Part shown: in pieces, positions 1-12,600 of the stretch
How positions within the stretch are numbered: position 1 is the first letter of the stretch
Layout of the letters: each line of letters begins with the position of its first letter
DNA from: Patellaria atrata CBS 101060
Taxonomy: Eukaryota
NCBI GenBank assembly: GCA_010093705.1
Contig: MU006130.1
Span: 1-38,048, forward strand
DNA: 38,048 bases
Direction: 5' to 3'
Translations under genes and position numbers: made by a program
The notes under the pieces: model-generated
Seen by the model: the letters and a program-made list of their open reading frames with translations, nothing else
What the model was told of the DNA's origin: nothing
Databases searched by the model: none

Positions 1-654
1 TATTAATTTTATCTATAAATTTAAATATTATAATTTTAAATTTAACTTTATTTATTATATTATTTTTATATAATATATTTTATTTTATTATAAATATTAT
101 TTAAAATTAAGAAATTAAGAAATTATATTAATAATTTAAAATATTTTTATTATATATATTTTATTATTTTATTAAATTTATTTTATTAATTAATTATATT
201 AAATAAAAAATTAAGTATATTTTTAAATTTATTTCATTCTATTTTAATAAATATAAACTTTTATTATAATATTATAATTATTATATAATAGAAAAATATA
301 TAATAAATTTAAATATAATATTATTAATTATAATTAATATAAAGATTAAAAAAATATATTTAAATATTATATAAATATATTAATAAATTTAAAAATAAAA
401 AAATAATTTAAAAATTTAAAAATTTAAAAATTTATTTAAATAATTTATTATATAATTATTATTATTATAAAAAAGAATTATAAAAGTTAAAGAATTTATA
501 TTATATAATAATAAATAAAATAAATTAAAAGAATTTTTAATTTAAATAAAAATTTATTATAAAAGAATAAAATTAATAAATAATAATAAATATATATTTA
601 ATATATTAATATATTTTAAAAAAGATATTTTAAAATAATTTAAATTTATTATAA
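1..654 (+). mobile_element. Family B gypsy fragment F: 3' part of a 5' LTR (1-271) plus start of gag (272-654)
   Basis: Aligns by eye to the LTR end and gag start of element A (about 13975-14620), including the RIP-mutated 'KGDALKWFEP' segment. It ends where LTR L2 begins. Confidence 0.8.
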
Positions 655-1283
655 TATTATAGCTATAAATTATAGAAATATATAGATAATAAATAAGAGA
701 AAAGAAGAAAGACTATTTAAAAAAATTATAAATAAAATAAATAATAACGAGTTATATAACTTTAATATTTAAATATATAGATATTTTAATTATAAATAAA
801 ATAATTAAACGATTAAATAATTAAAAAAACTAAAAAGTACTATATAATTTAAATATTTAAATATATAGATATTTTAGTTATAAGAGAAATAATTAAATAA
901 TTAAATAATTAAAATAACTAAAATATAAATATATTAAATTAATTATAAAGAATAGAAATATTTAAAAATAGTTTTTCTTTTATATATTTAAATTCTTTAT
1001 AATTATTCTTATTATTAATTTTATTTATAAATTTAGATATTATAATTTTAAATTTAACTTTACTTATTATATTATTTCTATATAATATATCTTATTTTAT
1101 TATAAGTATTATCTAAAATTAAGGAGTTAATAAATTATATTAATAATTTAAAATATTTTTATTATATATATTCTATTATTTTACTAAATCTATCTTTATA
1201 ATTAATTATATTAAATAAGAAATTAAATATATTTTTAAATTTATTTAACTTTATTTTAATAAATATAAACTCTTATTATAATA
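655..1283 (+). mobile_element. Family B solo LTR (L2)
   Basis: Starts TATTATAGC (RIP form of TGTTACGGC) and ends ATTATAATA. It is 629 bp and colinear with the LTR at 20524-21151. TATAA lies on both sides, but the left and right flanks belong to different fragments. Confidence 0.85.
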
Positions 1284-2843
1284 TATAAATTTAAAATATA
1301 TTTTATTTTATAATTTTTATTATTTAAAAAATTATATTTTATATTAATTATTTATATAATTCTTTAATTTATTTAATTTTTAATATTATTTTTTAAAGAA
1401 TATTTTTAATTTATAATATACTTTTAATTTAAAATTATAATTTATATAAAAGAATAAAAATTTTATATTATTATATATAAATTATATTATTAATAATTAT
1501 ATTATTAATAATTTATATAATTATTTTATTAATAATTTATATAATTATATAAATATTATTTTAAAAATTAATTTATTTTTTTAATTTAATTATTTATTTA
1601 TTTATAAATAAAAGTTTATTAATAATTTATAATTTATCTTTAAATTTTATATTAAAGTTTATTAAAATATAAATTTAAATAGTTTATTTTTATTTAAAAT
1701 AATTTCTATTAATATTTAATAATTAATTAATCTTAATTTTTATATTAATATTATTATTTATAATACTATTATTATTATTTTTATTAATATAAAATAAATA
1801 ATCTTTATTAATTATTTTATAATAATTAATATTATATTTTATTTTATTTTTATTATTAAATTTTATATTTATTTTTAATAATTTAATATATTATATTTAT
1901 TTTTAAAATATAAATTTTATACTTTTATTTTATATATAATTATTATATTTTAAAATAATTATTTTTATTATATATTTTATTTTTAAAAAATTATAATTTC
2001 TTAAAATTTTTTTTAAATTTTATTAATATTTTAATAATTATATATTAATATTTTAAAAAATTTTTTAATAAAAGTTTTTTATAATATTATTAATATATAT
2101 TAAAATTTATTATATAATTATATTTTTTAAATTATTTTTATTATTTTAAAATTATTATTTTTTTAAAACTTTTTTATTAATATTATAATTAATTTTAATT
2201 TATTATAAATAATTATATTTTTTTCTTTTTTTAATATTATATTATATATTAATTTTTTTTTTTAAATAATTAAATTTTCTATTTATAATATTAATTAATT
2301 TATTTTTAACTTTTAATTTATAGAATATTTTAAAATTAAAGAATATAAATATTTCTATTTATTTTATTTATCTTTAATTTAAAGTCTTTATTATAAAAAA
2401 GTTTATTAAATTTTATTAATTTAATTAAATTTTTATAATTTTTTTTATAATTTTTTTATATATTTTTTATATTTTTTAAATATTTTATTTATATATATTA
2501 ATATATTATTTAAATAAATAATTATTAATATATTTAAATATTTTTTTAATATATAATTATTTATTACTTAAAATATTATTAAAATATTATTTAAATTAAA
2601 TAATATTATTATATATTTATATAATTTAAATTTTATTTTTATAATTATTTTTTATAATTATTTTTTTTTATCTTAAATTAATAATATTTATTTTAAATAA
2701 TAAATTTTATAAATTATTTTACTTTTTATAATTTATCTTAAATTTTTAAAATTAAAAGTAATAAATCTTTATTTTTAATTATAATATTATTTAATTATTT
2801 ATAATTTATATATAATTTTAATTTAATATTTTTTTTTAATATA

Positions 2844-2995
2844 AATAAAATTAATAAAATTAATAAAATTAATAAAATTAATAAAATTAATAAAATTAAT
2901 AAAATTAATAAAATTAATAAAATTAATAAAATAATAAAATTAATAAAATTAATAAAATTAATAAAATTAATAAAATTAATAAAATTAATAAAATT
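2844..2995. repeat. 9-bp tandem repeat (AATAAAATT), about 17 copies, inside the RT region of element E
   Basis: Directly visible array with one 8-bp unit. Its flanks match the RT region of element C near 10830-10870. Confidence 0.95.
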
Positions 2996-3916
2996 TTATT
3001 AAATTATATATATTTATTTTTTAAATTAATATAAATATATTTTTTAAATATTTTATATTATTTCTTTAATAATAAATAAATAAAATTAAATTATAATTTT
3101 ATATTTAATAATTTAAAAATATAATTTCTATATTTTTTTTTTAAATAAATCTTTAAATTTATTATATTTTTTAAATATTATAAATTCTTTAAAAAAAATT
3201 TTAATATTTATTTTTTTAAATTATATTATTTTTATATTTTTAAATTTATTTTTATAAATTTTTATTATTTTATAATATAAAATATATTTTTTTTTATTTA
3301 ATTTTATTTTATTTTATTTTATTTTAATTAATTTAAATTTTTTATTTATAATTAATTTATTTTTAAAATTATATTTATATTATTTTAATAGAAGTCTATA
3401 CTTATTAAAATAAAGTTAAATAAATTTTAAAATATATTTAATTTCTTATTTAATATAATTAACTATTAAGATCGATTTAATAAAATAATAAAATATATAT
3501 AATAAAGATATTTTAAGTTAATAATATAATTTATTAACTTCTTAACTTCGGGTAATACTTATAATAATATAAGATATATTATATAAAAATAATATAATAA
3601 GTAAAGTTAAGTTTAAAACTATAATATTTAAATTTATAAATAAAATTAATAGTAAAAATAATTATAAAAAATTTAAATATATAAAAAAAAAATTATCTTT
3701 AATTATTTTTATTCTTTATAATTAATTTAATTATTTATATTTTAATTATTCTAGTTATTTAATCGTTTATTTATTTCTTTTATAACTAAAATATTTATAT
3801 ATTTAAATATTTAAATTATATAATACTTTTTAATTATTTTAATTATTTAATCGTTTAATTATTTCTTTTATAATTAAAATATCTATATATTTAAATATTT
3901 AAATTATATAATTTAT

Positions 3917-4210
3917 TTTTATTTATTTTATTTATTTTATTTATTTTATTTATTTTATTTATTTTATTTATTTTATTTATTTTATTTATTTTATTTATTT
4001 TATTTATTTTATTTATNNNNNNNNNNNNNNNNNNNNNNNNNNNNNNNNNNNNNNNNNNNNNNNNNNNNNNNNNNNNNNNNNNNNNNNNNNNNNNNNNNNN
4101 NNNNNNNNNNNNNNNNTTTATTTTATTTATTTTATTTATTTTATTTATTTTATTTATTTTATTTATTTTATTTATTTTATTTATTTTATTTATTTTATTT
4201 ATTTTATTTA
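3917..4210. repeat. 9-bp tandem repeat (TTTTATTTA)n spanning the assembly gap
   Basis: The same unit is present on both sides of the N run. True length is unknown. Confidence 0.95.
4017..4116. other. Assembly gap (100 N)
   Basis: Run of exactly 100 N, a typical placeholder for a gap of unknown size. Confidence 1.
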
Positions 4211-6555
4211 TAATTTTTTTAAATAATCTTTTTTTCTTCTCTTTATTTATTATTTATATATTTTTATAATTTATAATTATAATATATATCTTTTAAATTA
4301 ATTAAGAAAATATATTAAATAATTTTTTTTATATATTAACTTTTATTAATATAGTTTTAAAATTAATTAAATTTTATATTTATTTTATATTTTTATTATT
4401 TTTTAATTATAATAATATTATATTTTTAAATTTTATATAAAATATATTTTTTCTCTTTATTTATTAAAATAAAATAAATAAATTAATAATATTATTATTT
4501 TTTATTATATATAATAATATTTATTTAAAATATTTTATTATTATTTTATAAAAATTTAAAAAATTTAAAAGTTTTATTTTTTAATTATTTTTATTTTAAA
4601 TAATTTAATAATTTTTTATATAATTATATATTAAATAATTAAATTTTATATATTAAATAATTTAATTTTATATATTTAATTTAATATAATTTAATATATT
4701 AATTATAATATAAATTTTTATTTAATAATTATATTATAATTTAAATTATTTTTAATTTTTACTTTTTATTTTTATATTATATAATAATTATATTATATAA
4801 TAATTATATTTTATTTAAAGTTTTATATATTATATTTAATAATATATTTAAATATTTTTTTTTATAAAACTTTTTCTTTAAATTATTATAATATTAATAA
4901 TTTATATTATATTTATAATTTTTCTATATTATTATTATATAATTTATCTAAATTAATTATTATAATTATAAATTATAAGAATATATAAATAATAAGTAAA
5001 AGAAAAAAAGAAATATTATTTAAAAAAACTATAAATAAAATAAATAATAAAGAATTATATAATTAAAATAATAATTATCGATCGCGTTAATTATAAAGAA
5101 TAATTAATAATTAAAATAATTAAATAATAATTATTAGTTATATTAATTATCTTCTATTAAAATTTAAAGAAAAAAGTGAAAAATAAATAGATTTATTATA
5201 AAAGATTAATAATTATATAAAATATAATAACTTTAGTAATTAGAATAGATAATAAATTATATAAATATAAATAAAAAAAGGAAAAATAAAAGAATATTAT
5301 AATTAAATATAAGAAAAAGATAATAAAAATTATAAATAAATAAAATTAAAAAGATTTAATAAATCTCGATTAACTATAATAGATAAAATAAAAGAAGTTA
5401 AAAAAATAATAATAATTTATTTAAAAAGAAAAAGAATATTTTATAAATAAAATATATTTATAATATAAAGAAATAAAATATTTTAAAAGAGATTATTTAT
5501 AAAAGATATAATTATTAACGCGATATAATTAATATATATAATTTAAAGTTATATATTTAATATTATTATTATTAGTTTTATTATTAGAAGAAGAAGAGAT
5601 TAAAAATATATTATTATTATATTAAATAAAGATAAATAGACTATTAATACTATTTTTAACGATAGAAAATTAGTTAAAAAAGAAGATACTTTAATAATAT
5701 TTAAATAATTAATAATATTAGATATATAAGAATATATATATATATATAATATTAGAATATCTAGTATAGAATTAAAATTAAAAAATTAAAGTATAAATAT
5801 TTAATAGACTTAATTTTATATATTAAATTATAAAATAATAATAATAGCTTAAATAAGAATTTTAAGATTAGAAATTAATTAAATTTAAATTCGATATTAA
5901 CGTAATTATTAAAGAATAATAGTTAAATCTTATATTAAAAATAGAAGATTATTTAACCTTTTAATAAATATAATATAAAGAAAATAACTATTTATACTAT
6001 AAATAGTAAAAGGTTATAATAAAGTTTAAAAACTAAAATCTTATATATATATATTTACTTAAAGGCGAGTATTAAGTAAAAGAATATAAAATTTATAAAG
6101 ATAAAATAAGAATATTTAAAAAGAATTAAAAATTTAAACTACTAATAAATAATTATAGAAAGTATAATAGTTTTAACTATATAAATAAGCTTAATATTAT
6201 AATAAGAGTCTATACTTATTAAGATAAAACTAGATAAGTCTAGAAATATATCTAGCTTCTCACTTAATATAGTTAACTATAAAGGTAAGTTTAGTAAAGT
6301 GATAGAATATATATAATAAAGGTATTTTAAGTTATTAATATAACTTACTAACTTCTTAACTTCGGGTAATACTTATAATAAGATAAGACGTACTATATAG
6401 TAATAATATAATAAGTGAAGTTAAGTTTAAAACCGTAATATTCAAATTTATAGGTAAGATTAATAGTAAAAATAATTACGAAGAATCTAAATATATAAGG
6501 GAAAGATTATTCTTAAATATTCCTATCCTTTATAGTTAATTTAATTGCCTATACT

Positions 6556-6835
6556 CTAGTTATTTTAGTTATTAGTCGTTCTCTATAACTAATATATCTA
6601 GCGACTACTATCTAATTATTTTAGTCGTTAATTATTTTCTATAACTAATATATCTAGCGACTATTATCTAATCGTTTTAGTCGTTAGTCGTTCTCTACGA
6701 CTAATATATCTAGCGACTACTATCTAGTCGTTTTAGTTATTAGTTATTTTCTACGACTAATATATCTAGCGATTATTATCTAGTCATTTTAGTTATTAGT
6801 CGTTTTCTACGACTAGTACGTCTAGCGACCACTAT
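6556..6835. repeat. Five tandem copies of a 56-bp unit in the U3 part of the element C LTR
   Basis: The unit CTAGTCGTTTTAGTCGTTAGTCGTTCTCTACGACTAATATATCTAGCGACTACTAT repeats head-to-tail, and copies differ by transitions. Confidence 0.95.
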
Positions 6836-7056
6836 CTAGTCACGTGATTCTCTATTACTCGTTTCACCCGTAGTTTCTCTAAGTGATATTCTTTCCTTTC
6901 CCTTACTTATTACCTATATATTCTTATAATTTATAATTATAACACTATTCTCCCCCTTTTTAACTCTTATTTTAAGAGTTTATTTCTTTTACTTAGATAT
7001 ATAATAAACATGTCGCCTATCTATTAAGTTATACGTATCTCTCTTTCCTTTCCGAG

Positions 7057-7605
7057 ATACTAAAAGCTAAACCCCGTCTAGTCTATCGCTAATATTACGC
7101 TACCTATATTACTTTACACGATTATCCTATATTAACTCTTTATTCCGTTTATCGTCGTTCTTCTTATTCTTATATTATCGATATCCCTTCTAGTTTCTAT
7201 TTTAAGTATCTCGCTCGTGATTTAAAATACGATCTTATAGTAATATAAAAGTATTAAGATAAGTTTAACGTTTTAAAAACTTATACTTATTCTAAGCTAG
7301 CTATTATCGAGAACGAGTAAGAATCTCTTTAGACTTATATATATTATCTTTATAAATAACTTCGTTCTCTTAAAGAGAAAGAGTTTAAGATATCTCGCCG
7401 TAAGCTTAGTTCTATCGAGAAACTTAAGGCTTTAAAGCGAGTAGTTAAAGAATAATAAATTTCCTCGATTATTTCTTCTTTCTCTATTATTATATCTTCT
7501 TCTAGTTAGTCTAGTTTAGATTTCTCTACTCTTAAGGGTCTAGAATTCTCTAATTTTAGCGATAAAACTATTTAAGTTTCTAATTATAGTTTATTAAGTG
7601 CTTAA
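7057..7605 (+). pseudogene. Antisense extra ORF of element C: putative Zn(II)2Cys6 protein with a charged, coiled-coil-like tail (RIP-inactivated)
   Basis: TAT/TAC codons at 7141, 7150, 7171, 7198, 7207 and 7228 give x2-x6-x8-x2-x6 spacing. RIP converts TGT/TGC to TAT/TAC. The start (ATA, presumed former ATG) and the end are inferred. Confidence 0.75.
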
Positions 7606-8987
7606 ATAGTTTTTATATATTATTTACGTATCTATAGTCTTTCTATTTTATTAAATATTTATACTAATTATTTATTTATTATAGATTTAAGATTTATTCT
7701 ACTTTATAGATATCTTTTTCCTTAAATTTTATAGATTATATTTAGAGTTTAGTATTAATATATACTAGTTCTAGAAGTGATATATAGAAAATTAAATGTA
7801 TCTTTATTTTTTATAGTAATTTTAACTTATAATTAACTTTTCCTTTAATTTATTTAATTTTAAAAGGGCCGATTTTCTTATAGTCTAGTTTCTTATTAGG
7901 TCGTTTTATTTTAAGGTTTTTCTATAATAAGTAAACTTTATCCTCTCTTTTAAAGATTAATTCTAGCGATTTATACTAATTATTATATTTTATAGCCCTT
8001 ATTATCTAAAAAGTTATATCTCGTGATAATTATATATATAATTCCTTAATTTACTTAACTTTTAATATTACTTCTTATAAAATGCTTTAAACTATTCTCG
8101 GCTCACGATATACTTCTAATTTAAAACTATAGTTCGTATAGAAAGATAAAACCTTTATAATATCGGACTTCGCGTTATTATATATAAATTATACTATTAG
8201 TAGTAGTTCTACCTAGTTATTCTACTAGTAATTTATATAGTTATATAAGTATTACTTTAGAGATTAGTTTATTCTTTTAGTTTAACTATTTATTTATAGA
8301 TAGAAGCTTATTAATAGCTTATAATTTACCTTTAAACTTTATACTAGATTCTACTAAAACGTTAATTTAAATAATTTATCTTTATCTAAGATAATTTCTT
8401 TCGATATTTAGTGATTTATTAGCACTATTTTTATCACTAATACTATTATTTATAGTGCGGTTATTATTATCTTTATTAATATAAAATAGGTGAACTTTAT
8501 TAGTCGTTTTATAATAACTAATATCGCGTTATACTTTATTTCTATCGTTAGATCTTTAAATCCTAGTAGACTTATAATAAAATCTATTATTATTAAATCT
8601 TATACTCGTTTTAATAACTTAATATATTATATTTATCTATAAGATACGTGTTTTACACTTTTATTTTATATATAATTATTATACTCTAAGATAACTTATT
8701 TTATTATACTTCTTACTTCTAGGAAATAGTAATTTCTTAAAATCCTTTTTAAGGTTTTATTAATATCTTAATAACTATATATTAATATTTCGTGAATCTC
8801 TTTAGTAAGAGTCTTTCGTAATATTATTAATATATATATAAGTCTATTATATAATTATATTCTTTAAGCTATTTATATTACTTTAAAGTTATTATTCTTT
8901 TAAAACTCCTTTATTATATTATCCTTCTAATAGATATCACGAATTTATTATTCTCTCGTGAATTCGATTATTAGTATTATAGCTAAT

Positions 8988-9615
8988 TATTATAATAGGA
9001 GTTTATACTTATTAAGACGAAGTTAGATAAGTCTAGAAACACGCTTAACTTCTCACTTAATATAGTTAACTATTAAGGTAGGTTTAGTAAAATAATAGAA
9101 TATATATAATAAAAGTATTTTAAGTTAATAATATAACTTACTAACTTCTTAATTTCGGGTAATACTTATAATAAGATAAGATATACTATATAGAAATAAT
9201 ATAATAAGTGAAGTTAAGTTTAAAACCGTAATATTTAAATTTATAGGTAAAATTAATAGTAAGAATAACTACGAAAAATCTAAATATATAAGGGAAAGAC
9301 TATTCTTAAATATTTTTATTCTTTATAATTAATTTAATTACTTATACTCTAGTCGTTCTAGTTATTTAGTCGTTTAATCGTTTCTCCTACGACTAAAACG
9401 TCTATATATCTAAACGTCTAAATTATATAGTATCTTTTAATCGTTCTAGTTATTCGGTCGTTTAGTCGTTTCTCTTACGATCGAAATATCTATATATCTA
9501 AACGTCTAAGTCACGTGATTCGTTATTACTTATTTTATTTATAGTTCTCCTAAGTAGTCTTTCTCTCTTCCCCTTATTTATTATCTATATATTCCTATAA
9601 CTTATAGCCGTAACA
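8988..9615 (-). mobile_element. Family B solo LTR (L6) inserted between RNaseH and integrase of element C, TSD CTAAT
   Basis: 628 bp, ending GCCGTAACA (TGTTACGGC on the minus strand). CTAAT lies at 8983-8987 and 9616-9620. The uninterrupted site is seen in element A near 18381-18415. Confidence 0.95.
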
Positions 9616-12600
9616 CTAATCTTAGCTAATTATAGGTGATTATATTATTTTCTTTCTTTAATACCGTATTATATACTAGTTTTATTTCTTTTAAGTAGTT
9701 AGATCTTCTACTTATAATATCGACTAATTTATTTTCGACTTTTAATCTATAAAATATTTTAAAGTTAAAGAATATAAGTGTTTCCGTTTATCTTATTTAT
9801 CTTCGATTTAACTTCTTTATCGTAAGGAAATTTATTAGGTTTTAATAATCTAATTAAACTTTTATAGTATATTTAGGTTCTTTAAAGTATAACCTTTATT
9901 ATTCGAATACGTCGATAATCGCTAATAACTCTTTATCGTATATATTATAATTTAGCTCCGCGGCCGTAAACTTCTATAAATAAAAGGCTATTAAATATAA
10001 TCGTCCTTTCTTATTTAGCTAACTTATATATATATCTAGTATATAATTAGATACGTTAATTTCTAATACTATTAGTTTCTCTAAGTTAAATATAATTAAG
10101 ATAGATATTATAATAAACTTTTTCTTAAATTTATTAAATATTTTCTATATCTTTCTTTATTTAAATAAAAGTATTTTCCTTCTTTATTAATTCTAATAGC
10201 GGTATTATTATCTTCGAGTATCTCTAGATAAACTTTCTATAATAGTTCACGAAATTTAAAAACAATTATACGTCCTTTACGTTTTTTAGTATCGGCTAAT
10301 CTTTAATTATAGCTACCTTTTTTAGATCTACTTATATACCTTTAATAATAATAATAAAGTCTAGAAATTTCGTTTCTTTAATATATTATTTATATTTATC
10401 TAAATATACTAAGAGTCTCTTTTCTCGTAGTTTTATTAATATTTTCTTTATATACTCTCTATACTTTTTAAGCGTTCCATTTATATATACTAGTATATTA
10501 TCTAGGTAAATAGTTATAAATACGTCTAAATATTCTTTTAGTATATAATTAATTACTACTTAAAATATTACTAGAGTATTAATTAAGCTAAATAGTATTA
10601 TTATATATTTATATAGTCCGAATCTTATTTTTATAGCTATCTTCTATTTTTCGCTTTCTTTTATTCTAATTCGATAGTAACTATCTCGAATATCGAATTT
10701 CGTAAACTATTTTACTTCTTATAACCTATCTTAAATTTCTAAGATTAAGGGTAATAGGTATCTATTCTTAACTATAATATCGTTTAACTATTTATAATTA
10801 ATATAAAGTCTTAACTTACTATTTTTCTTTAATATAAATAGAATTAGTAAAGCTATTAAGCTTTTACTAGATTATATATATCCCTTTTCTAAGTTAATAT
10901 AAATATATTCTTTAAATACTTTATATTATTCTCTTATTAACGGGTAAATTAGATTAGGTTATAATTTTATACTCTTTTTTAACATTATTTTATAATCCTA
11001 TATCTAGTAATCTAAAAGTATAGTTATTATATCTTCCTTAAATAAATCTTTAAACTTATTATACTCTTTAAATATCTTAAGTTCTTCGAAAATCTTCTTA
11101 TCGTTTATTTTTTTAAGCTATATTACTTTTATACTTTTAGATTTATTTTTATAGATCTTTATTATCTTATAATACGAAATATATTCTATAAATATATTAG
11201 TATCTATTTATTTAGTATATTTTATTCGCTTAACTTTATTCTTTTATAAAATATCTTAATTAATTTAAATACTTCTCGTCTTCTAGTTAATATCTAGATT
11301 TATTATTTATAATTAATCTATTTCTAGAATTATATCTATATCTTCTAAATTAGTTATAAGGATATATTAAGTAATTACCTTCCCTTATATATTAACTTTT
11401 ATTAATATAGTCTTAAAGTTAATTAGATTTTATCTATATTCTATTTCTTCGCTATTTCCTAGTCGTAACGGGACTAGATTTTTAAATTTTATATAAGATA
11501 TACTTTTCTTTTCTATTTATTAGGATAAAATAAATGAATCGATAACGTTATTATTAATTAACGCTATTATTCTCTTATTATATATAATAATATTTATTTA
11601 AAGCGTTCTATCGTTACTTTATAAGGTTTTAAGGAATTTAGAAGTTATACTTCTCGATTATTCTTATCTCGAGTAGCTTAGTAGTTTTTTATATAGCTAT
11701 ATACCGGGTAACCGGATTCTATATATATAGTCTAGTGTAATTTATTATATCGGTTATAGTATAGACTTTTACGATATTCTTCGCACTTTAATTCTCGATA
11801 TTCTCGTTTAATAATTATATTATAACTTAGATTACTTTTAATTCCTACTTTCTATCTTTATATAGTATAGTAATTATATTATATTTCTTTAATCGCGTAC
11901 TATCTAAAGTCTATCGCGTCGTATTTAGTGGTTTACTTAGTAGTCTTTCTATTATTTTTAAGTATTTCTATTTTCTATAAAAATATTTTTATTTTATAAA
12001 ACTCTTCCTCTAATTCTTTATAGTACTAGTAATTCGTACTATATTTATAATTTTTCCACGTTACTATTATATATCTCGTATAGATTAGTGTCTAGTAATA
12101 TTATCTATATCTAAGTTTATTTATATAGTTAAAACTATTATATTTTCTATAATTATTTACTAGTAACTTAAGTTTTTAATTCTTTTTAAGTACTTTTATT
12201 TCGTCTTTATAGATTTTATACTCTTTTATCTAGTATTAGTTTTTAAATAAATATATATATATAGAGTCTTAATCTTTAAACTTTATTATAACCTTTTATT
12301 ATTTATAATATAAGTAATTATTCTTTTTATATTATATTTATTAAAAGGTTAAGTAATCTTTTACCTTTAATATAAAGTTTAATTATTACTCTTTAATATT
12401 TATATTAGTATTAGATTTAAATTTAATCGGCTTCTAGTCTTAAAATTCTTATTTAATCTAACGTTATTATTTTATAATCTAGTATATAAAGTTTAATTTA
12501 TTAGATATTTATACTTTAATTCTTTAACTTTAATTTTATATTAAGTATTCTAATATTATATATATATATACGTTTTTATACGCTTAATATTATTAGTAGT

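Larger units (their letters stand above)
3381..4284 (-). mobile_element. Family B solo LTR (L3) inserted in the protease region of E, TSD TATAT
   Basis: Reverse complement of the LTR consensus. TATAT lies at 3376-3380 and 4285-4289, and the host reads through (compare about 11330-11400). It contains a tandem-repeat expansion and the assembly gap. Confidence 0.85.

Noticed and set aside
2844..4210. Degenerate telomeric repeats
   Set aside because: The 9-bp units derive from local retroelement sequence and do not resemble TTAGGG or a mutated 6-mer of it.
6556..6835. CRISPR-like regular repeat array
   Set aside because: The units are contiguous with no unique spacers, lie within an LTR, and the context is eukaryotic.
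7010..7012. Surviving ATG as start of the antisense ORF
   Set aside because: It is out of frame with the Cys motif. ATA at 7057, after a pyrimidine tract, is in frame in all three copies.
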